From: Candidatus Falkowbacteria bacterium
GTDB lineage: Bacteria > Patescibacteriota > Patescibacteriia > Patescibacteriales > GWE2-39-37
DNA length: 64,000 bases
Reading direction: 5' to 3'
Assembly: GCA_037137775.1 (NCBI GenBank)
Contig: JBAXJQ010000002.1
Span: 25,095 to 89,094, forward strand
The notes under the pieces were generated by a model that was not told the origin of the DNA, did no database searches, and saw only the letters and a list, made by a program, of their open reading frames with translations. The first letter of the stretch is position 1, and the number at the start of each line of letters is the position of its first letter. Shown here one piece after another: positions 28,446-38,300 of the stretch. The position numbers were made by a program, and so were the translations under genes.

Positions 28446-29801
28446 ATGATGAAGAAAAATCCAGCCAAAAAAGCCTTAACCGAAAAAGAGGAATCAGCTG
28501 CCAGGGCTAGGCGAGGCAACAAGAGTTTTTCCCGTTTACGCGGTATGCGTGATGTTTTGTTTGAGGAAAGCAAATACTGGGAGGCGGTTGGCAAAAAGGC
28601 CAGTGAACTCGCGCGAACCTATGGGTTTAAGCGAATTGAGACACCAATTTTGGAAAAATTGGAGCTGTATGAACGATCGACCGGTAAGACCAGTGATATT
28701 GTAACCAAGGAGATGTATTCGTTTGTCGATAAGAGCGGTGAAAAGGTGGCGATGCGGCCAGAGGCAACCGCCGGTCTGGTGCGTGCTTTTGTTGAACACG
28801 GCATGTTTAATTTGCCCCAGCCAGTCAAGATGTTTTGGTTCGGTCCCGCCTTCCGTCACGATCGTCCTCAAGCTGGCCGGTATCGACAATTCACCCAGTT
28901 TAATTTAGAAATGTTTGGTGAGGCTGGTCCAGTGGCCGATGCGCAGTTGATTTTAGTGGCCTATAATTTTTTTAAAGAATTACAGGTCGGAGTACAGATG
29001 CATGTCAACAGCATTGGTTGTAAAGATTGTCGTAAGGGTTATTTAGAAAAATTAACTAAATATTACAAAGAGAAGGGGCGACGGAGCAAGATTTGTAATG
29101 ATTGTAAAAAACGGTTAGTTAAAAATCCGTTGCGTTTGCTTGATTGCAAGGAAACAGCGTGTGTAGAAATCCGTAAGGATGCACCACAAATTGTGGACTC
29201 TCTGTGCGATTCATGTCGCGATCATTTTGTTCGCGTTTTGGAATATCTTGATGACCTAGGTATTAATTACAGTTTGCAGCCATTTTTAGTGCGTGGCTTG
29301 GATTACTATAATCGCACTGTGTTTGAAATCGTGCCAGAGGATGAGGGCGAAGATGGTCGTCAAAATTCACTCGGTGGTGGCGGTCGCTATGATGAATTAG
29401 TAGAATTTTTGGGTGGTCGACCAACACCAGCCTGTGGCTTTGGCGTTGGCGTGGAGCGGACCATTTTAAAGATTAAGGAGCAGAATATTGTTGTAAAATC
29501 AGATGAGCAGGCCGATGTCTTCATTGCCCAATTGGGTGAGCAGTCACGACGGCGTGCCATGGTATTGTTTGAGGAGTTACGTCGCGCTGGCTATCGGGTG
29601 GCCCAACAATTTAGCAAAGACAGCTTGAAGGCCCAACTTGAGGAGGCAAATCGCTTGGGTGTTAAGTTTAGTTTGATTTTAGGTCAAAAAGAGCTTTCCG
29701 ATGGTACTATTTTGGTACGCGATATGGAATCAGGCGTGCAAGAGGTCGTAGATTTGAATAAGGTACGAGCAGACATTGGTAAACGCTTACAAGTGATTTA
29801 G
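28446..29801 (+). CDS. hisS: histidine--tRNA ligase
   Basis: RGMRD, MRPEATAG, FRHDRPQAGRYRQFTQ, GGGRYD, GFGVGVERT. Alternative starts are GTG 28440 and ATG 28449. Confidence 0.95.
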   Translation: MMKKNPAKKALTEKEESAARARRGNKSFSRLRGMRDVLFEESKYWEAVGKKASELARTYGFKRIETPILEKLELYERSTGKTSDIVTKEMYSFVDKSGEKVAMRPEATAGLVRAFVEHGMFNLPQPVKMFWFGPAFRHDRPQAGRYRQFTQFNLEMFGEAGPVADAQLILVAYNFFKELQVGVQMHVNSIGCKDCRKGYLEKLTKYYKEKGRRSKICNDCKKRLVKNPLRLLDCKETACVEIRKDAPQIVDSLCDSCRDHFVRVLEYLDDLGINYSLQPFLVRGLDYYNRTVFEIVPEDEGEDGRQNSLGGGGRYDELVEFLGGRPTPACGFGVGVERTILKIKEQNIVVKSDEQADVFIAQLGEQSRRRAMVLFEELRRAGYRVAQQFSKDSLKAQLEEANRLGVKFSLILGQKELSDGTILVRDMESGVQEVVDLNKVRADIGKRLQVI

Positions 29802-29878
29802 TCTTGACTTAGATCAGTTATTATAGTAGTTTTAGCAAATTGATTATTTATTAAAAATATCTAGAAAAGAGGTGCAGT

Positions 29879-30118
29879 GTGGTAGTAATCACTAAACGTA
29901 AAAAAGAAGAAAGCTTTGAAAGTTTTTTACGACGCTTTAACAAGCGTATGCAACAGAGCGGTAACTTGCTCCGTGTCCGTAAAAAACAATATTTCGCTGA
30001 AGCGAAAAGCCGCAATCTCCGTCGCCGGAGCGCGTTGGTTTCTTTAGAGTACAAAGATAAAAATGAATACTTGCGCAAAGTCGGTAAGCTCAAAGAAGAG
30101 CCAAGACGTCGCTGGTAA
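29879..30118 (+). CDS. rpsU: 30S ribosomal protein S21
   Basis: ESFESFLRRFNKRMQQSGNLLRVRKKQYFEKP-like sequence. GTG start with the SD GAGGTG 5 nt upstream. Confidence 0.85.
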   Translation: MVVITKRKKEESFESFLRRFNKRMQQSGNLLRVRKKQYFAEAKSRNLRRRSALVSLEYKDKNEYLRKVGKLKEEPRRRW

Positions 30119-30126
30119 AAAATAAC

Positions 30127-30579
30127 ATGAGTCAATTAGAAGCAAAAATTAAAGTCGCTATTGTGGTGGCCCAAAAAGCACGTGACGAACAGACCTTGTC
30201 CGTTCTGCGTATGCTGATAAGTGCCATACGCAACCAAGCGATTAGCTTGCGCCAAGGCGATGCCGTTTTGTTGTCTGATGAACAAGTGGAGCAGGTGATC
30301 CGTAGCGAAGTTAAGCGACGCCTAGATTCTGTTTCAGCTTTTACCCAGGGCCATCGTCCCGAGTTGGCGGCCAAAGAACAAACTGAAGCCAATATGTTGG
30401 CAGCGTATTTGCCTGTTGGTATGAGCGAGGCTGAGGTTGAAGCCTTGGTGCGTCGAGTACATACCAGCAAGCCAGAAGCCGCGTTTGGTCAAGTGATGGG
30501 TGCAGTGATGGCCGAGGCGAAGGGCAGGGCGGACGGCAATCTGGTTGGTCGCTTAGTGAAGCAGATTATGGCAGAATAA
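30127..30579 (+). CDS. GatB/YqeY domain-containing protein
   Basis: KARDEQTLSVLRMLISAIRN...EIEVL-type repeat organisation. The rpsU-yqeY neighbourhood is typical. Confidence 0.8.
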   Translation: MSQLEAKIKVAIVVAQKARDEQTLSVLRMLISAIRNQAISLRQGDAVLLSDEQVEQVIRSEVKRRLDSVSAFTQGHRPELAAKEQTEANMLAAYLPVGMSEAEVEALVRRVHTSKPEAAFGQVMGAVMAEAKGRADGNLVGRLVKQIMAE

Positions 30580-30584
30580 AAAAA

Positions 30585-30648
30585 GTTTTGAATAAATAAA
30601 AAAGCCGTGGCGCATTTACGCGCCACGGCTTTTTTATTTATTCAAAAC
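30585..30648. terminator. 29-bp perfect inverted repeat; bidirectional terminator
   Basis: GTTTTGAATAAATAAAAAAGCCGTGGCGC - ATTTAC - GCGCCACGGCTTTTTTATTTATTCAAAAC between convergent genes. Confidence 0.85.
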
Positions 30649-30652
30649 TATG

Positions 30653-30919
30653 TCATTTTTTTGTGTCCGTTCGCTCGATTACGTTTCGACCGACAAGATG
30701 CAAGATTATTCCAATGGGTAATGCCCATGGTACGCTGACATATAAGTTATGAATGAAAAATAGTACAATAAACCTTGAGTTATTAGAGCAGTTATACGCA
30801 TTAAAAAAATCAGGATAACAGGGGGTTGAGTAGCTGTCAAAGATTGACTTTATAAGCATTATGCTGAAATAAGCCAGGAAATAAATTACTGTCAGCTTGG
30901 TTAGTTGTCTTTTAGTCAT
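30653..30919 (-). CDS. small membrane protein, unknown function
   Basis: 88-codon AT-rich ORF with hydrophobic helices. Confidence 0.4.
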   Translation of the reverse strand: MTKRQLTKLTVIYFLAYFSIMLIKSIFDSYSTPCYPDFFNAYNCSNNSRFIVLFFIHNLYVSVPWALPIGIILHLVGRNVIERTDTKK

Positions 30920-30937
30920 AAGTATCGTGTTTATTTT

Positions 30938-32407
30938 TTAACCTCTAATACCAGGAATGAATCGTTTAATCTGTTCGAAGCGTGATTCTTTGGTAAATTG
31001 TTTTATTTTATATTTGGCGCGGTGGGTTTTGACAAATTTAAGCCAATCACGGCTTGGTCCTTTACGGTGTTTGTCAGTGACAATTTCTACCAGATCGCCG
31101 CTTTTTAGTTCCGCATCAAGTGGGGCGATACGGTCATTGACCATGGCGCTGGTGCAGTGGTGGCCGATATCGGTGTGAACTGCGTAGGCAAAGTCAACTG
31201 GAGTGCTGCCCACTGGCAAGTCATAGACATCGCCTTTAGGGGTAAAGATAAAAATACGATTACGAAACACTTCAAATTTTACCTGTTTAACAAAGTCGTG
31301 GGTATCTTGAAAGGTTTTTTGCAGCTCTAAAATTTCTTGGGCCCATTTAGGTTGATAATCGCCCTCACCGCCTTTGCCCTGCATTTTATAAAATAAATGG
31401 GCGGGTACGCCGTAGTGGGCCTCCTCATCCATTTGTTTGGTACGGATTTGAAATTCAGTCGCCTTGCCATCAATACCAAAAACAGTGGTGTGCAAGCTAC
31501 GATAGCCATTGGGTTTCGGCACAGCAATGTAATCTTTAAAGCGACTGATTTTAGGGCGCCAGCTAGAGTGAATAATACCTAACGTCTTATAACAATCAGC
31601 GACATTATCCACTACCACGCGAAGCGCAAACACGTCTTGAATTTCATCGAAACGACGGTCTTTGCGTTGCATTTTTAACCAGATGCTATAAAGATGCTTG
31701 AAACGACCAGTAATTTCGTGTTTAACGCCGGCCTCAACCAGCTTTTTTTCGATGATGTTTTTGGTTTTTTGAATAAATTGGTTACGTTCAGCTTTTTGTT
31801 CGACCTCATATTTATATTGCAATTGATGAAAATCTTCCGGATGGAGATATTTAAAGCAGATATCTTCCATTTGCCACTTAAGCCGCCAAACGCCAAGCAA
31901 ACCGGCAATCGGGGCGTAAATTTCCATGGTTTCCTGGGCAATTCGTTTTTGTTTTTCCGGCGGGACATGTTCGAGAGTGCGTAAGTTATGTAAACGGTCA
32001 GCGAACTTGATCAAGATAACTCGTAAATCGTTGGCCATGAAAACAAACATCTTGCGCAAGCTTTCGGCATACCGTTCAATACCACGATATTTAATTTTGC
32101 TTAATTTAGTGATGCCTTCTACTAGGCGGGCAATTTCTTCGCCAAAGTTATGTTCTACGTCTTCAAGGGTGCACTCCGTATCTTCGGGTACGTCGTGAAG
32201 TAGGCCAGCTGCGATCGTGGGGATGTCGGCCTTGATTTCAGCTAAGGTGAAGGCGGTGTGCAGACTATGCTGGATATACTCTTCGCCACTTCGGCGTAAT
32301 TGTCCTTGGTGTGCCTTGAGTGCATAGTCATAGGCCAACTCAACAATGCCAACATCCGCCTTGGGCTGGGTATCATGTATTCGATTAATTACTTCTTGTA
32401 TCGTCAT
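30938..32407 (-). CDS. rel: bifunctional (p)ppGpp synthetase/hydrolase, short Rel/SpoT homolog (HD + synthetase + TGS; no ACT region)
   Basis: HD motif LLHDVPEDT, synthetase motif FKDYIAVPKPNGYRSLHTTV, TGS segment IFIFTPKGDVYDLPVGSTPVDFAY. Confidence 0.9.
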   Translation of the reverse strand: MTIQEVINRIHDTQPKADVGIVELAYDYALKAHQGQLRRSGEEYIQHSLHTAFTLAEIKADIPTIAAGLLHDVPEDTECTLEDVEHNFGEEIARLVEGITKLSKIKYRGIERYAESLRKMFVFMANDLRVILIKFADRLHNLRTLEHVPPEKQKRIAQETMEIYAPIAGLLGVWRLKWQMEDICFKYLHPEDFHQLQYKYEVEQKAERNQFIQKTKNIIEKKLVEAGVKHEITGRFKHLYSIWLKMQRKDRRFDEIQDVFALRVVVDNVADCYKTLGIIHSSWRPKISRFKDYIAVPKPNGYRSLHTTVFGIDGKATEFQIRTKQMDEEAHYGVPAHLFYKMQGKGGEGDYQPKWAQEILELQKTFQDTHDFVKQVKFEVFRNRIFIFTPKGDVYDLPVGSTPVDFAYAVHTDIGHHCTSAMVNDRIAPLDAELKSGDLVEIVTDKHRKGPSRDWLKFVKTHRAKYKIKQFTKESRFEQIKRFIPGIRG

Positions 32408-32427
32408 TTTTTTAATTGATTACTTTA

Positions 32428-32446
32428 TGGTATAATTATTATACCA
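32428..32446. promoter_or_regulatory. back-to-back extended -10 elements (TGGTATAAT on both strands)
   Basis: TGGTATAAT at 32428-32436 on + and its exact reverse complement at 32438-46 (i.e. on -). The minus copy sits about 30 nt upstream of the rel ATG. Confidence 0.5.
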
Positions 32447-32484
32447 ATACCTAAATAAGTCAAAGTTAATCGAATAAAATATAT

Positions 32485-32513
32485 TTGTTGTTTTTAAAGT
32501 TTATTGGTATAAT
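32485..32513 (+). promoter_or_regulatory. promoter for the pilin-fusion operon
   Basis: TTGTTG, a 17-nt spacer, then TATAAT with an extended -10 (TGGTATAAT at 32505-32513), 27 nt before ATG 32540. Confidence 0.5.
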
Positions 32514-32539
32514 AAATTAAACTTATTTTTCTTTTTTCC

Positions 32540-35299
32540 ATGCTGAAAAGAAAATCATTTTCTGTGTTATCAAAGGCGCTGTTTTTAGTCGCTGCTTTTT
32601 TTGTATTAGCAGTGATTTTTCAATGGCAGGCCAATACAGTATTAGCCGTGGTTGATCCTTTTGGCGGTCAATATAATAATGTAAATGCGGAAATCGGCCT
32701 GTCGGCAACCAACCCAACAATTTTAGCAGCTAAAATTATTAATTGGTTTTTAGGCTTTTTAGGTATTATCGCTGTCGGGCTTATTTTATATGCCGGTTTT
32801 TTATGGATGACCTCTGGTGGCGAGGTGCAGAAAATCGAAACTGCCAAAAAGATATTAAAAAATGCCGTTATTGGTTTGATTATTATATTGGCATCCTGGG
32901 GCATCGCCTTGTATATCTTAAATTTTTTAACGAATAAGACGGGTGGTCAAAACGCTGGCGGCGGCGGTGGTGGTGGCGGTGGCTTAAGTGCTTTTGGTAA
33001 TGGTATTATTGAATATGTTTATCCGGTGCCAAATCAAATGGATGTAGCCAGAAACACTGCCATTATTGTTAAATTTAGAGAAGATGTTAAGCCAGATACG
33101 ATTTGTAATGAATTAGATGCTAATGGACTTTGTAGTGATTCAAGTTTGAATTTTAAAAATGTGAGAATTTTTACCTCAGCCGCTGGCGATACTTGCGATA
33201 GCGCCACAAGCCCAAGCACTTCTTCTTGTAAGATTTCAAATATTTGGGATGTTAAAGTTAACTCAATTGATAAGCAAACGTTTGTCTTTAAGTCGACTGT
33301 TTATCTTGGTTCGCCATCTGAACGAATATGGCACACGGTCTATTTAACCAAGGACATTAAAAAGGCAGACGGCTCCAAGGCCTTTAGTGATTTAGCAACT
33401 AAAAGTGATACCAGTTGGTCCTTTGAAGTTAGTACTCGGTTGGATTTTGAACCGCCACAGGTAGAGCAAGGTGGTATTTTCCCTTTCCCAGATGCTGCAC
33501 GGGATATGTCAAATATATCTGTACCAGCTACTCAGGCAACAGGTTCAATTAGGGTTTTGAATGAGCCAAAAAAAGCAAAAAATTCTTATGCAGACAATTT
33601 TCAATCAGTGGCTTCACCAGGCATTTCAACTGTTTCTTTAGATAAATCATGTTTAGCGAATGGCCCGGCAGTAGTGGTGATGTATGAATATCCTTTAAAT
33701 TCAGGCAAGCTTGCACCAAATTTACAAATTAACGAGTCCTCGATTGGCAATGGCACAATTGACGTTAATAAAAACATAATCACGTTTCCGTACTGCAATA
33801 TTCGATTAATATTAGATAGCCCAGTTATCACTGGTAATAGCTGGAATTTTGATTTACACCCAAATATTATTGCGGATTACGTATCCATTGCCGGTGAAAA
33901 ATATATTGCCAGCACTACCTACAATGAGGCTGCAAATACTTTTGCCGCGTCAGCAAATTCAACAAATACCGCTGCCTCCCTTACAAATTTGATTAATGCA
34001 AATAATCCATTAGTGGATGCTACTAGTGCTGGCGATAAAATTACAGTAAATGCTAAAATCGCCAACGGTAGTGGTAATCAGATTAAGATTACGACTAACG
34101 GTACTAGTTTTTCCGTTAGTGGCTTGGCTGGTGGCAAGGATAGGCAAGAAAGCATTGAACCGAGAAACTCACCAGACCAACCTCGTAATTCGGTTATTCG
34201 GGTTGATTTTAACGAGGCCATAAATCCATTGTATATTTCTGGGCCAAGTACTCAGGTTTATAACTATATTCGGGTAGTAAATAATTCTACCACCGCAACT
34301 TCTTCTGGTAATAGTTGTCACTCAAATAACGAATGTCTGTCATATGAATGTGTTGGAGGATCTTGTGTTGGTGATTATTTGGCTGGAAAGTTTAAAGTAT
34401 CGAACATCTTTCGAACAGTTGAGTTTTTAAGCAATGTAGAGTGTGGCGTTAACGCTTGTGGTGAAACAATGTATTGCTTGCCAGAAAATAGCAATCTTCG
34501 TGTTGAGCTAGTTGCTGCCACCTTAGCCCCCTGTGCTAGTAATGCTATTTGTGTTGATAAGGCGCCTTATCAATATTGTAAAAATTCGATTTGTAATAAT
34601 TCATCCACTCCAGCTATTAATTTTCCGGGAGCAAAAAAACCAGTTAATGGTATTGTAGATACTGCCGATAATTCTCTTGATGGTAATAGGGATAAAAATG
34701 CCATTGGTTCAACCTCTGATTGGTATATTGAACGTCGACCAACCCCGCCATTATACCCTGATAATAGTAGCGGTTCAGGTGATAATTACCGCTGGTCGTT
34801 TATGATTGATAATCGGATTTTAATTGAAGAGCCTAAAATAACAAACACCACCCCCGTACATCGCGGAACGGTTCTATTAATGTCGAAAAATGTTGAATTT
34901 GATTTTAATCGACTGATGATGTCACAAAGTTTGACCAGTGGTGGGATAAGCATTGGCAGTGAAGCAAGTTCAACTCGGCATCGATTGGTGAATTTAATGT
35001 CTTATGGTAACCCAATTGGATATTGGATTGCTAATAAAGGTTTTGATGACGAACCGAAAGATGGTTTTTTTGACACAACTCAGGGCTTTATTGAACATGC
35101 TGATTTTGCGGCCTCCTCCACCTATCGAGGTCAGGTTGGGTCTGGAGTAAAAGATATTTATCAGAATTGTTTTAAGCCAAGTGGGACGACAATTGGCTGG
35201 TCAGGGTCTTGCGCGGCTGTCTCACCCAATTCATCTTGTTGTGGATCCTCAACTTCAGCTAGCGTAATAGCCGCAACTAGTTGTGCTGCCATCAAATAA
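32540..35299 (+). CDS. large surface protein: N-terminal TrbC/VirB2-like (T4SS pilin-type) membrane domain, poly-Gly linker, ectodomain with SbsA/BIg-like modules
   Basis: Signal peptide, then DPFGG...NPTILAAKIINWFLGFLGIIAVGLILYAGFLWMTSGG...AKKILKNAVIGLIIILASWGIALYILNFL, then GGGGGGGGG. Ig-like signatures NSVIRVDFNEAINP and NTAIIVKFREDVKP. Cys-rich C-terminus. Confidence 0.75.
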   Translation: MLKRKSFSVLSKALFLVAAFFVLAVIFQWQANTVLAVVDPFGGQYNNVNAEIGLSATNPTILAAKIINWFLGFLGIIAVGLILYAGFLWMTSGGEVQKIETAKKILKNAVIGLIIILASWGIALYILNFLTNKTGGQNAGGGGGGGGGLSAFGNGIIEYVYPVPNQMDVARNTAIIVKFREDVKPDTICNELDANGLCSDSSLNFKNVRIFTSAAGDTCDSATSPSTSSCKISNIWDVKVNSIDKQTFVFKSTVYLGSPSERIWHTVYLTKDIKKADGSKAFSDLATKSDTSWSFEVSTRLDFEPPQVEQGGIFPFPDAARDMSNISVPATQATGSIRVLNEPKKAKNSYADNFQSVASPGISTVSLDKSCLANGPAVVVMYEYPLNSGKLAPNLQINESSIGNGTIDVNKNIITFPYCNIRLILDSPVITGNSWNFDLHPNIIADYVSIAGEKYIASTTYNEAANTFAASANSTNTAASLTNLINANNPLVDATSAGDKITVNAKIANGSGNQIKITTNGTSFSVSGLAGGKDRQESIEPRNSPDQPRNSVIRVDFNEAINPLYISGPSTQVYNYIRVVNNSTTATSSGNSCHSNNECLSYECVGGSCVGDYLAGKFKVSNIFRTVEFLSNVECGVNACGETMYCLPENSNLRVELVAATLAPCASNAICVDKAPYQYCKNSICNNSSTPAINFPGAKKPVNGIVDTADNSLDGNRDKNAIGSTSDWYIERRPTPPLYPDNSSGSGDNYRWSFMIDNRILIEEPKITNTTPVHRGTVLLMSKNVEFDFNRLMMSQSLTSGGISIGSEASSTRHRLVNLMSYGNPIGYWIANKGFDDEPKDGFFDTTQGFIEHADFAASSTYRGQVGSGVKDIYQNCFKPSGTTIGWSGSCAAVSPNSSCCGSSTSASVIAATSCAAIK

Positions 35300-35301
35300 T
35301 T

Positions 35302-38300
35302 ATGACCAACCAAAAACAAAAATTCAAAGTCATCCTTTTTAGCCTAATCTTGATTTTTGGGGCTATGTTCAGCTTGGTTGCCGTGCGAGCCGAGGTTGAT
35401 CCGTTTGGTGGTCAGCAAGAAGCCGTCGGTAATGCCATTGGTCTAGGTAATAGCAACCCCCAAATAATGGCTGCGAAGGTTATTAACTGGGGGTTGGGTT
35501 TTTTAGGGATTATAGCGGTTGGTATAATTTTATACGCTGGGTTTTTGTGGATGACCTCGAATGGCAATGCGGATCAGGTTGACCGGGCTAAAAAAATCTT
35601 GATTGGCGGCTTGATTGGGTTAATCATAATTTTAGCCAGTTGGGGTATTGCCACCTGGTTGGTTAATTCTTTGGTTGATGTGACTGGCGGTGGAGGTGAT
35701 GGCGATAGAGGCAATATTCCACCGGGCGGTGTTGTGACTTTTGGTGTAACCAGTGTTAACCCACCAGGTCTCGAAAGTGCGCCGTTGAACGCCAAGGGCC
35801 TGGCTTTGTATAACATGACCTTACTTCCGGGAAGTGGTACATTAACTGTTACCACTAATCCAGCAGTAAGCTATGCCATAAATTCTAGCACTGACAATAA
35901 TTTGGTGGTTTTTCAATCGAGCAGCACCTGTGAAGAGATAAACATTGCTTATAAATTAAAATTAGTAATTCCAGAAGAACACAAAAACGACCTTTGCTTT
36001 GCACCATCATCAACTACGATTTATAAAGCTACGGTTAGTGGATATAAAAATTTAGGAGGAGTTACGCAAGATCCAACAGATAAGACCTGGGATTTCTCTT
36101 TAATTCCGGTACTTGATTTTAACCCACCCGATATTCTTATTGACCGCACGAATCAATGTATCGCCGCTGGTGGCTACCCGCTTAAGGCGCATATCATTGA
36201 CGATTTGTCAGCAGTTATGAAAGCGAAATTCGAAGTGTATGATCCGACAAATTTTCTGGTATTTCAAGCAACCGTTACGCCACCTGTTTTAGGTAAAAAC
36301 GTGTGGGTAACTACCAGCACTTCGGCAATGACACCACCCACTAGATATAAAGTTGTGGTTTTTGCCTACGACGCAGCGGGAAATAGCACGAGCACGTTTG
36401 ATTATATAATTCCTTGGCCAGCTCATTGTTGTAATAATCAGCCAGATCCCGGTACGGAAACTGGTACTGATTGCGGCGGTGAGTGCCCAGCTTGTGACGG
36501 AGCCGCTTGCGCTATTGACATGAATATACCGGCTGGCATTGCTCCAAATTGGTGTACGGATGGAAATACTTTATGTGCTAGTAGTTTTTGTAAAACAACC
36601 AGCAGCACCTCTACTTGTGAAAATGCTGGCTATGCCGCTGGTACAGCATCATGTTGTACCTGTCAATCCAGGCCAATGATTACGGGCATTTCACCGGTAG
36701 GCGGGTTTTGTAAAGCTAATACCACTAAGCCCTGCAATAAAAATGCAGACTGTGGCGGGGCTGACACCTGTAATATTGATGCACCAAATGGTGCAACTAA
36801 TAATTTTATTACTATTTTTGGTAATAATTTTGGCACCATTGCTGGCAATGTGTACTTTGAGGGCAATGCCACGGGCACCCTACCGAGTGTATTAAATTCA
36901 AACTGTACCAGCACCTGGAAGGATAATCAAATTATCATAGCTGTGCCAAGCGATGCGGCCTCTGGCACAATTATTGTTAAAACGGCGGTTGGCCTAACTG
37001 ATACCTCGAGTTCAAGTGATTCTTATGGGCCAGTGATTAAAGACTTTGTTAAAGTCGGCTTTGATCGGCCTGGTATTTGTAAATTAACTCCGGATTCAGG
37101 TAAATTAAACGCAACTTCAACCTATTATGGCATAAATTTTACCAACAATAACGATATTGCATTTGGTAGCGCAGTCACCTCGACTTCTTTTTTGAAGGCA
37201 CTAGGCCGCAACATTATAAATACTACCACTGCTACTGCCACGGTGCCAAATTTAACCCTTGGCAAGACGTCTTCCTTTGTTTTAAAAAATGTCGGGTCAG
37301 TAATAGTAAATAGTAATTATGTTGATTTTACCAAATTATTAGATCCGTATGCTGGGCCAGTTATCTCTGATTTTAATCCTAAAGATGGTGGGCCTGGCCA
37401 GTATGTAACGATTTGGGGCAGGGGGTTTGGGGCAAGACAAGGCACAAGCAGTGTCCGCTTTGCCAGTACCTCGCAAGCTGACACCTGGACGGCAGACTAT
37501 AATTTTCCACCAATTTGTCAGGACAAGACCTGGTCGGATAAACAAATCATCATTAAGGTACCATCCGGAACCGTAAGTTCTACGCTCTACACCCTGGAGG
37601 TTGAGGTGGGTCCACATACCGCCACTGCTGATTTTAAACAATTTTTACGCAATAAAAATGTACGCCCTGGTATTTGTCTTATTAACCCAAGTTTAACCCA
37701 AATTGGTGTGCCGGTTGAGTTTTCGGGTGATAATTTTAAGAAGCCAATAAGTCCCAATGCTACTTTTAGTGAAAATAAGGTTAAGTCTATTGATGATATC
37801 GATTGGACATACGACAAATCTCCAAATCGAACTGAGGCACCAGTAGTTGCAGACTCAATTACTGGTCCAGTGGTTTTAGTTAACAACTCTGCAATCAGTA
37901 ATCCGCTTAACCTCACTGTTGGTACGTGTAAAACTGATGCCGAATGCTCAGGCACAGGAGTAATCTGCTGTCCAGGAGGCTCCACCTTTGCTGGGTCGTG
38001 TGCCACACTGTCGAAGTGTTTTGAGGGTCCAAAAACCAGTGCATATGAATGGGATTTTACCACTAATCCAAACGGTAATTGCCAAATAGGTACGACCATG
38101 TGTGGCACCGAGGCATGTTGTGTAACGGGCACAGAGAGTTGTAATGCATTAGCCAATGGCAATAAAGGGTTATGTTCGCCGATTCCACAAACGTGCTCTG
38201 GCATGGCACAAAATATGTGTACTTCCCAACCTCAATGTCCTAGCTCACCTGGGGTGTGTCAAACCGTAACTAGCACTGCTTCTGTTGGTAAATGCGGGGA

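Noticed and set aside
28990-29230. Cys-rich insertion in HisS (CKDCRKG...CNDCKKR...CKETAC...CDSCRDH) as a possible novel Zn module.
   Set aside because: To my knowledge, comparable Cys-containing insertions in this region occur in other bacterial HisS proteins. There is no evidence here of anything beyond a lineage variant.
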